Assembly: GCA_046293555.1 (NCBI GenBank)
Contig: JBKBOT010000001.1
Span: 1 to 13,645, forward strand
Length of the DNA: 13,645 bases
Reading direction: 5' to 3'
Source: Pyrobaculum sp.
GTDB lineage: Archaea > Thermoproteota > Thermoprotei > Thermoproteales > Thermoproteaceae
The position numbers and the translations under genes were made by a program. This document shows, piece after piece, positions 7,116-13,645 of this stretch (within the stretch, counting starts at the first letter, position 1; every line of letters starts with the position of its first letter). The notes under the pieces are model-generated. The model had not been told where the DNA came from. It searched no databases and saw nothing but the letters and a program-made list of their open reading frames with translations.

Positions 7116-7661
7116 TCAAGCCGGCTTTCGGTATAGAAACTTTATGTACTCCCGCCCCCCTACCTGCGTGCCTTTAGGTACCCACACCCTCAAGATGTTG
7201 GGCTCTGGCGTCTCTACCTCTCCGCCGAAGTGCCACTCTACTATCTGGACGTCTTGTGGAAATATCCACACAGCCTCGTAGTCATATTCAGCCACCTCTT
7301 CCTGGTAGTAATTCTCGTAGAGGTTTTCTCCCCCCCTGATGGGGGCGGGGAAGGAGCCGATAAATACCACATAGGGGCGATTGGGCGCGCCCCTTATGCC
7401 GATGTACACCTCATGTACCACAGGCCTAACTCTCTGTGTGTTTATCCTAACGATCTCTTCATCCATAAATTTCTGCATGTTTTCCCATAAGGTGGAGATC
7501 TCTTCCACGAGTTGGTCCCCCCCACGCCTTAGGAGCTTGAAGTAATGCTGGGCCTTGTCCAGATAGTCAAATATGATCACCATGTTGACAACCCCCGGCG
7601 CCACCACATAAAACCCCTGGGCGTAGACTGGAGTTATCTCTGCGTCAGACATGTCGATCAC
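7116..7661 (-). CDS. Hypothetical protein (178-181 aa), overlapping the dph5 stop
   Basis: Long ORF with protein-like acidic/aromatic composition that fills the gap between convergent genes. Start at 7661 or 7652. Confidence 0.8.
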   Translation of the reverse strand: MIDMSDAEITPVYAQGFYVVAPGVVNMVIIFDYLDKAQHYFKLLRRGGDQLVEEISTLWENMQKFMDEEIVRINTQRVRPVVHEVYIGIRGAPNRPYVVFIGSFPAPIRGGENLYENYYQEEVAEYDYEAVWIFPQDVQIVEWHFGGEVETPEPNILRVWVPKGTQVGGREYIKFLYRKPA

Positions 7662-8424
7662 GCCCCGGCGGCGTGTCTAGCCTCAAGGCCTTTAGGCACT
7701 CCCCCTCCACGGGGCCTAGCCTCGAGGGCACTATAAAGACTGCCGGCGCCTCCAGGTGGCCCCGCCTCACCTCGTCTATAGATGTGTAGATCGCCCCGCC
7801 TCCCCAGCCCAGTCTGTAGACAACAACTATCTCTCTCTCTGGCGTAAACAGCCCCCTGCCCTCCCGCTCTTCTAGTTTAAGCAAGATCTCTGCAGCGTCT
7901 CTCGGGGGCATAAACCCCCCGTCTTCTCTCACGTCTAGAAGTAGGAGGGTGTGGAGACCTCTCGCCAGGTTTTGTTCTGCCAACTCGTAAGGCCTGGCGG
8001 AGTAGACCCCGAGGCGGGGATAGGTGATGGTGGCTATCCCACCCAGCTTATATATAGAGAGGCAGCTGGCAGAAAAGGCGGCACATACTATAGACACCCC
8101 TGGCACTATCTCCACCCGGTGGCCTCTAGCCCTTATCGAGGCGACTAACGCGCCATGTGTCGTAGCGGCCATGGGGTCACCTGCAGTTACCAACACCGCG
8201 GCGTTCCCCCCGTCAAGACAATCTAAAATCTTCCGGCCGCCGCCATCTTCTAGATCTCTCCGCGTCAGCCTAACGGGGGCCCTTTTTGCAAGTCTAGCCA
8301 ACGTGGAGATATCCAGGGGGCCTGTGTAGTCTTCATAAAAGACGCAATCTGCCTCTCTTAGTATCTGTACAGCCCTCTCTGTGACAAAGCCGGGGCCAGG
8401 CCCAAGGCCCACGAGATAAAACAC
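7645..8424 (-). CDS. dph5: Diphthine synthase (SAM-dependent methyltransferase)
   Basis: FYLVGLG, FYEDYT, AGDPMAATTH, PGVSI, IYKLG, NLARGLHTLLLLD. The likely start is GTG 8424; the ORF-track extension to 8454 runs through the TATA region. Confidence 0.93.
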   Translation of the reverse strand: MFYLVGLGPGPGFVTERAVQILREADCVFYEDYTGPLDISTLARLAKRAPVRLTRRDLEDGGGRKILDCLDGGNAAVLVTAGDPMAATTHGALVASIRARGHRVEIVPGVSIVCAAFSASCLSIYKLGGIATITYPRLGVYSARPYELAEQNLARGLHTLLLLDVREDGGFMPPRDAAEILLKLEEREGRGLFTPEREIVVVYRLGWGGGAIYTSIDEVRRGHLEAPAVFIVPSRLGPVEGECLKALRLDTPPGRDRHV

Positions 8425-8468
8425 GTGATATGAAAAGAGTTTAAATATATACAAAGCCTAGCGGTTGC
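8425..8468. promoter_or_regulatory. Bidirectional promoter for dph5 and the 159-aa gene
   Basis: TTTAAATATATA at 8440-8451 is centred between the divergent starts at 8424 and 8469. Confidence 0.6.
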
Positions 8469-8948
8469 ATGTATGCTATTGCCAGGCTGTTTGGCTACGT
8501 GGAAGAAGTGGGCTTTAAGGCGTGGTTATCTCAAGACATGGCAAAAGCTCTAGGCGTCAGGCTGGGTGATGGAATTAGGCTGGAGAGCAAGAGTGGGGTC
8601 TCTTCTGCCAGAGTTGTGGGTATGCGAGATGACGTCAAGGCCGGGCTCGTGCTTACCTTAGATGCCTACATGGCTGTAAGCGGCCTGCGTACCGTGTTGA
8701 TAAAAAGACTGGCTAGAGTTTTCGACGCAGAGTTAATCACCGTGGGGATAGAGTCCAGAGACCCCCTAGATGTGGACCAGCTGTCTTCCCTTCTAAACGT
8801 CATGGTGGCGTTTAGAGTGCCGGTATTTACAGACTTCACCGGGTTCATACAGACAGAAGCCGGCAGGTGGGTTAGGCTGACGGTAAAAGGGGTATCACCC
8901 AGAGAGCCCGCCTACGTCTCCAAGGCCACAAAAATATACGTCAGGTAG
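8469..8948 (+). CDS. Hypothetical protein resembling a stand-alone Cdc48/VAT N-terminal domain
   Basis: AWLSQDMAKALGVRLGDGIRLES resembles the double-psi barrel GD box. RLTVKGVSPREPAYVSKATKIYV resembles the end of the Nc subdomain. No Walker motifs. Coding status is likely; the fold is inferred. Confidence 0.65.
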   Translation: MYAIARLFGYVEEVGFKAWLSQDMAKALGVRLGDGIRLESKSGVSSARVVGMRDDVKAGLVLTLDAYMAVSGLRTVLIKRLARVFDAELITVGIESRDPLDVDQLSSLLNVMVAFRVPVFTDFTGFIQTEAGRWVRLTVKGVSPREPAYVSKATKIYVR

Positions 8949-9582
8949 CTTTACTAAAGTCAAACTTCAGGAGGAGTAACGGGTCCGTGGTTGCCTTCAG
9001 CCTCCTCACCCTCTCTAGGAGTTTGGCAGCTACCTCGCCGGTTTTGTACATCTCTACGGCCTTCTCAACCCCCACCCTCTCCGCCAGGCTGTTTAACTCA
9101 TCTCTGATGATATATTCGGCTATCTGCTCTACTCCAGCAACCTCGCCGTTTTTTATCAAGTGGGTAACTACAAATAGCCTCAGTTCAGACATGTCTATCT
9201 TTGTTATAACCTTCTCGAGGTTGTTAGACCACTTGACTGACTGCGACGCCTTTTTGAACTCCTCCTCCGAGAAGACTAACTTAACTCTTTGGTTCCACTT
9301 GAGTTTCCACATGGCGAACCACTCGGCTGCCTTCTCCCATAGCTTGGGCCACATCTTCTCTATGTAGATACAAATGGCCTGCCTGGCCCTATCTTCAGAA
9401 AACCTACCTCTGTAATATATGCCAGACCGCGTGGCGAGGTAATGCATGAAGTCCCTAAAGACAAACTCCCTAATTGTCTCCAGCTCGCCGCGAGGCATGT
9501 CTCCAAAACTTTCTCTAACCAACTCGCCTAACATGTTATCCACCGCGGCGGCCGCGGCGTTGAAATCACAGTAATAACGCAT
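8941..9582 (-). CDS. Hypothetical alpha-helical protein (about 213 aa)
   Basis: Long E/K/L-rich ORF. ATG 9582 is preferred to 9600 because TTTTAAAT (9601-9608) lies about 19-26 bp upstream. 8-bp tail-to-tail overlap with the 159-aa gene. Confidence 0.8.
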   Translation of the reverse strand: MRYYCDFNAAAAAVDNMLGELVRESFGDMPRGELETIREFVFRDFMHYLATRSGIYYRGRFSEDRARQAICIYIEKMWPKLWEKAAEWFAMWKLKWNQRVKLVFSEEEFKKASQSVKWSNNLEKVITKIDMSELRLFVVTHLIKNGEVAGVEQIAEYIIRDELNSLAERVGVEKAVEMYKTGEVAAKLLERVRRLKATTDPLLLLKFDFSKAT

Positions 9583-9615
9583 GTAACAACCCTTTCCCAT
9601 ATTTAAAACTTTGCG

Positions 9616-10374
9616 TCATTCTTCAAACGCGGCCAGGGCCTCGCCGGCGGCGCGATATGTTGCGGCATATGCCCTAAGAGACCTCCACCTCTTTAAGAAA
9701 TGTAGATAGGCTGACCTCAACGCCTTGAGGTCTATGTGAAAACTTACGTCGTAGTGGATATCTAGAAGCAGGAGTCCCTCAGCTGGGGCGTGTGGCACAG
9801 CCCCCGGCCTCGGCTCTTTTAGCAGCTGCGATATATAGCCCACATCCAGCGCCCCCCTCCCCACGCCCAATATGGCCCAAGTTATCTTTCTAAGCATCTT
9901 GTTTCTAAACCCCTTCCCAATATAGTGTATATATAACAAGTCGTCTCTAATATATATCTCTATGTCAAATATCGTCGTGACTGTATCTCTCCCCCCACGT
10001 ATAAAGGAGGCGTAGTCATGCGTCCCTTTAAACAGCTCCGCGGCTTGCCTCATCGCCTGAAGGTCTTCCCCCCAATACGGCGCGACGTATAGATATCTCC
10101 GCCACAAAGCCCTCCTTGGGTTAAACCCCTCATCTACCTCCGCCCACGCCCACGCCCAAACCCCCCTGGGGAGTCTGCTATTTAGAAGCTCCAAGCGAAT
10201 TTTCTCTCTAGCCATCACCACGTTGGCTACTGCAGAGACTCCGGGGTCTGTGCGGCTACCCTTCCCCAAAATCTCGCCAAAGGCTGGCCTGATTTTTGTC
10301 TCGACGGAGTTTGGATGTCCAGTAAAGCCGTAAAACAAGGCCCCGTCGTAAGCTATGCGGTAGAGATAAGGCAT
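9616..10374 (-). CDS. truA: tRNA pseudouridine(38-40) synthase TruA
   Basis: IAYDG-x2-FYGF, catalytic SRTDPGVSA, FNPR, RRYLY, GTHDYASF, GKGF-x3-MLR and APAEGLLL motifs. Confidence 0.93.
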   Translation of the reverse strand: MPYLYRIAYDGALFYGFTGHPNSVETKIRPAFGEILGKGSRTDPGVSAVANVVMAREKIRLELLNSRLPRGVWAWAWAEVDEGFNPRRALWRRYLYVAPYWGEDLQAMRQAAELFKGTHDYASFIRGGRDTVTTIFDIEIYIRDDLLYIHYIGKGFRNKMLRKITWAILGVGRGALDVGYISQLLKEPRPGAVPHAPAEGLLLLDIHYDVSFHIDLKALRSAYLHFLKRWRSLRAYAATYRAAGEALAAFEE

Positions 10375-10385
10375 GACGCGTTGCT

Positions 10386-11208
10386 TTAATACGCCTCTCC
10401 CAACGCATATACCCCCAGCCCCCTTTCTACCAGCTTTTTGAACGCAAGGGCGGTGGCTGGAAGCGACACGCCTAGCCTATGGGCTAGCTCCATAGCGTAT
10501 GTAAGGTCCCTCTTCTGCCTTAAACCCGGGCGAGAGGTCGTTATTTAACAACTTGGGTAGATATAGCTCTATCGAGCCCGAACGCGCCGCACCTTTTGTC
10601 AGAACTCTCGCCACTTTATCCAAATCGAGGCCCAGCGCCTTAGCTAGCCTAAGCCCCTCGGCCATGGCCACAGTGTTGAGCGTAATCACCACCTGGTTTA
10701 CCAACTTCTGTCCAGACCCCACGGGGCCTGCGTAGATAACCTCTCTCCCCATTGCGTTAAATATGGGGAGAAGTCTATGAAAGAGCTCCTCCCTCCCGCC
10801 AACCATTATGGTAAGCGTGCTCTCTATAGCCCCCCTCTGCCCCCTAGTGACTGAGGCGTCTAGAAACTCTATGCCGTAACGAGCCAGCGTTCCGCCAAAC
10901 CTCTTTGCCCAATCCGGCGAGTTTGTAGACATGTCTACAACCACCAGGCCTGGACGGCCTCCCTCCACAACCCCACCGGGTTTAAACAAGACCTCTTCTA
11001 CATCTGGCCTGTCGGACGCCATTATAATGGCCACGTCTACCCTTCTAGCCAGATCTGCGGGACTTTCCGCCACATGTACCCCCAGCTTTCTAAAAGGCTC
11101 TGTCTTTACTTCACTCCTGTTGTAAACCGCAGCGAGAAATCCGGCTTTATGTATATTCATGGCCATAGGGGCGCCCATTATCCCCAGGCCAACAACCCCG
11201 ACCTTCAT
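10386..11208 (-). pseudogene. Frameshifted NAD(P)-dependent beta-hydroxyacid dehydrogenase (3-hydroxyisobutyrate / tartronate semialdehyde reductase family)
   Basis: Family motifs VGLGIMG, YNRS, VDMST, MVGG and KLVNQ. After PGFKA at about 10515 the family C-terminus continues in another frame: KRDLTYAMELAHRLGVSLPATALAFKKLVERGLGVYALGEAY*, stop at 10386-10388. Confidence 0.85.
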
Positions 11209-11282
11209 GTATTTTAGAGATCTATCCCCTTAATAGACTTAAAACGGCACGACGGTGCCCTCTTGATGTTGAGAGCTAAATG

Positions 11283-11290
11283 TATATATA
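11283..11290 (+). promoter_or_regulatory. Putative TATA box of atpB
   Basis: TATATATA lies 20-27 bp upstream of ATG 11310. Confidence 0.55.
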
Positions 11291-11309
11291 ACTGTGCATT
11301 GGGGCCTAC

Positions 11310-12713
11310 ATGTTGACTCCAGTTGTGTCTTACTCCACGGTGAGAGAGATAAAAGGCCCTCTGCTCGTAATAGAGAGAACTAGAGGCGTGTCTTACGGCG
11401 AGGTGGGAGAGGTGGTGGGTCCAGATGGGGAGCCTAGAAGAGTGCAAGTTATCGAGGTGGCTACAGACTACGCGGTGGCGCAAGTGCTCGGCGGCACCTT
11501 GGGGCTTCCCGCCAGGGGCTCCACAGTGAGGTTTTATGGAAAGACTCTAAAGATCCCCGTCTCGGAGCAGCTAATTGGGAGGGTTCTTGACGGGAAGGGG
11601 CAGCCTAGAGACCACATGCCGTTACCCCCGCCTGAGGATTTCCGTGACGTAAATGGGGAGCCGCTAAACCCCTACTCTAGGGAGTATCCAGAGGAGCCTA
11701 TTGAGACAGGCATCTCTGCCATCGACGGGCTGTATACACTTGTGAGAGGCCAAAAACTGCCGATTTTCTCCGGCACGGGCCTGCCTCACAACATGATGGC
11801 GGCGCAGGTGGTGAGACAAGCCGCCGTGAGGGGGAAAGAGGAGGAGTTCGCGGTGGTTTTCGTAGGCATTGGCATCAAGACAGAAGAGGCCCTCTTCTTT
11901 ATAGACGAGTTTAGAAAAACAGGCGCGTTAAAGAGGGCTGTGGCGGTGTTAAACCTTGCCTCAGACCCCGTGGCTGAGCGCATTTTAGCGCCCAGGGTGG
12001 GGCTCACCATCGCGGAGTATCTGGCGTGGCAGCTAGACTACCACGTGTTAGCCGTCGTAACAGACATGACGAACTACTGCGAGGGGCTAAGAGAGCTGTC
12101 TTCCGGCAAGGGCGAGCTTCCAGGACGCCGGGGCTATCCCGGCTATATGTATACAGACCTGGCGTCGATATATGAGAGATCTGGGATCGCCCAAGGGCGG
12201 AAGGGCTCGTTGACTCAATTCCCCGTCTTAACCATGCCACATGACGACATAACACACCCCATCCCAGACCTTTCAGGCTATATCACAGAGGGCCAGCTGG
12301 TGCTCAGCAGATCCATGTGGGGCCGTGGCATCTACCCGCCTTTTGACGTAATCATGTCTCTATCCCGTCTGGCAAAAGACGCAATTGGCGAGGGAAAGAC
12401 AAGAGAGGACCACAAAGACGTGGCGTATTCGGCAATTGCGGCATATAGCAAGGCCCTAGAGATAAGAAACTTGGCCACGCTCGTGGGGGAGCGGAACCTC
12501 GGCTGGCGAGAAAGACGGTACCTCCGCTTTGCGGACGCCTTTGAGCAAAAGTTTATCAAACAGGGCTATTACGAACGCCGCTCGTTTGAAGAAACTCTCG
12601 ACATTGGGTGGGACGTCCTCTCCATACTTCCAGAAGACGAGCTCACAAACGCAAGGCCCCAGATAGCCCAGAAGTTCTACAGAAGGCACATCTTCGACTC
12701 CGTAAAGTTATAG
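11310..12713 (+). CDS. atpB: A/V-type ATP synthase subunit B (non-catalytic)
   Basis: [65 protein letters not shown]-x-GYITEGQ. 467 aa. Confidence 0.97.
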   Translation: MLTPVVSYSTVREIKGPLLVIERTRGVSYGEVGEVVGPDGEPRRVQVIEVATDYAVAQVLGGTLGLPARGSTVRFYGKTLKIPVSEQLIGRVLDGKGQPRDHMPLPPPEDFRDVNGEPLNPYSREYPEEPIETGISAIDGLYTLVRGQKLPIFSGTGLPHNMMAAQVVRQAAVRGKEEEFAVVFVGIGIKTEEALFFIDEFRKTGALKRAVAVLNLASDPVAERILAPRVGLTIAEYLAWQLDYHVLAVVTDMTNYCEGLRELSSGKGELPGRRGYPGYMYTDLASIYERSGIAQGRKGSLTQFPVLTMPHDDITHPIPDLSGYITEGQLVLSRSMWGRGIYPPFDVIMSLSRLAKDAIGEGKTREDHKDVAYSAIAAYSKALEIRNLATLVGERNLGWRERRYLRFADAFEQKFIKQGYYERRSFEETLDIGWDVLSILPEDELTNARPQIAQKFYRRHIFDSVKL

Positions 12714-13114
12714 TGTATTGCACAGAGGGGCTCTGTATAAAAATCGAGAAGGCATATTTCTCCACCCCCCCGCAGAGAGTTGAGATAAAGACAGAGAGGG
12801 CGGTGGCCATATGTGTAAAGCCAGAGGCCGTTAGGCACTGGCTACAGCTAGTCCAGGCGCTTTTCTATGCATACTACTGGAGAAAGCCGGCAAAAAACCC
12901 CAACATCTCGGCACTTATGTATTTAAGCCAAAAAGACCAAATTAAAGACGCGCTAGAGATATCTGCAGTAGGGAGTAGGGAGGCCATATGTGCCGCCCTC
13001 GGCCCGCCTGAAGAGCTAGAAAAGGTAGAAATGCCTAGAGGCGAGCCCTACACTCCAGAGGGCCGGTGGGACCCGTGGGAAATAACAATGTTTGCGCTAT
13101 CTCTAATAAAATAA
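12713..13114 (+). CDS. cgi121: Probable KEOPS subunit Cgi121-like protein (133 aa)
   Basis: The in-frame GTG at 12713 overlaps the atpB stop (TAGTG). VRHWLQLVQALFYA...AKNPNISALMYLSQKDQIKDAL resembles the Cgi121 'llylsg-x-QI-x2-Al' signature. Confidence 0.65.
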   Translation: MYCTEGLCIKIEKAYFSTPPQRVEIKTERAVAICVKPEAVRHWLQLVQALFYAYYWRKPAKNPNISALMYLSQKDQIKDALEISAVGSREAICAALGPPEELEKVEMPRGEPYTPEGRWDPWEITMFALSLIK

Positions 13115-13120
13115 CTGGGT

Positions 13121-13597
13121 TTAAGCTTTTTTACTTAACAGGTTTTTCAGAGAGGTCCTGTGTCTCACCTCGTCTGCCAGAATTTCTTCTGCCAGTTCTT
13201 CAGTCACCGGGTCAACTCCATGTGTCAATCTATAGAGCTCGCGGTAGGCAGCTATGGCGCACTCCTCCGCCTTCACCGCCGTGGCTATCCACCCATCTAT
13301 GTCGTAGGGGTCCTGTGGCAGTGGGGGATATTTACAGCCGGAGATCTCCCACAATTTGGCGAAATCGCTTGGGGGATCTACGTCAAAATCCTGAAGTCTG
13401 TCCGCAATCATTTTTGCATGTTTGTTAATTTCCTCTTCAGCCTCTTTTAAAAAGTGTTCTGAAATTTCCTCTGAGAGAGGGCCTCTTATTACATAAGCCG
13501 TGTATATGTAGTAATAAGCAGCTATCCATTCGTCGGCAAAGGCAGAGAGAAGCCGCTTGACAACCTCATCTTTATCTACATGCCCTGCAAACTCCAT
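13121..13597 (-). CDS. DPS-like ferritin-family protein (thioferritin, DPSL type)
   Basis: Di-iron ligand pattern ADEW-x3-YYY, EEI-x2-HA, AEECAI and DEVRH, plus DPVT and the ISGC/EECA cysteine pair. Likely start ATG 13597; the upstream extension is AT-rich promoter DNA. Confidence 0.88.
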   Translation of the reverse strand: MEFAGHVDKDEVVKRLLSAFADEWIAAYYYIYTAYVIRGPLSEEISEHFLKEAEEEINKHAKMIADRLQDFDVDPPSDFAKLWEISGCKYPPLPQDPYDIDGWIATAVKAEECAIAAYRELYRLTHGVDPVTEELAEEILADEVRHRTSLKNLLSKKA

Positions 13598-13645
13598 AGT
13601 ATAAAAATTTCTTACATATAAAAACTTTTTGTGAGGCATAAAAAA
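13598..13645 (-). promoter_or_regulatory. AT-rich promoter region of the DPS-like gene
   Basis: TTTTTATA (13617-13624) lies 20-27 bp upstream of ATG 13597. TTTTTAT occurs three times. Confidence 0.55.

Noticed and set aside
10505-10530. Programmed ribosomal frameshift in the dehydrogenase
   Set aside because: GGGTTTA lies a few codons upstream, but residues appear deleted at the junction and other conserved motifs are also damaged, which fits decay better.
11221-11275. Short hairpins in the pseudogene/atpB intergenic region (GGCAC-GACG-GTGCC and others)
   Set aside because: Stems of about 5 bp are expected by chance and are weak at high temperature.
12608-12712. N-terminal 35 codons of the 168-aa ORF
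   Set aside because: They lie inside atpB. The GTG at 12713 overlapping the stop is a better start.
904-13450. Many 60-126 aa ORFs overlapping the main genes (for example 2696-3046, 8987-9367, 11214-11483, 13066-13428)
   Set aside because: They are antisense or off-frame shadows of well-supported genes, mostly Ser/Pro/Thr- or Phe-rich, with no motifs.
1-13645. CRISPR array, tRNA/rRNA, IS element, integrase, intein or defence system
   Set aside because: I saw no regularly spaced repeats, cloverleaf, terminal inverted repeats or matching protein motifs, and atpB has normal length.

Overview
This is a gene-dense archaeal chromosomal segment. Gene content, frequent GTG starts and TATA boxes about 20-28 bp before start codons (leaderless style) point to Thermoproteaceae (Pyrobaculum-like); that assignment is inferred. 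From left to right it holds: the 5' end of an acyl-CoA dehydrogenase that the ORF track misses, an AMP-forming acyl-CoA synthetase, a divergent futalosine-pathway menaquinone cluster (mqnC versus mqnE-mqnA), a MazG-like pyrophosphatase, an MTH1187/thiamine-binding-family protein and a single-domain KaiC-like ATPase. These are followed by a hypothetical gene coupled to dph5, a small protein resembling a stand-alone Cdc48/VAT N-domain, an all-helical hypothetical protein, truA, and a frameshifted beta-hydroxyacid dehydrogenase pseudogene. The window ends with an orphan A/V-type ATP synthase subunit B overlapping a Cgi121-like gene, and a DPS-like thioferritin. I found no CRISPR array, tRNA/rRNA gene or mobile element. 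It is mostly core genome. The best leads are the ATPase-less Cdc48 N-domain-like protein, the decaying dehydrogenase, a variant MqnA active site and a GC-rich intergenic stem-loop. All family assignments come from motif recognition by eye, not database searches.
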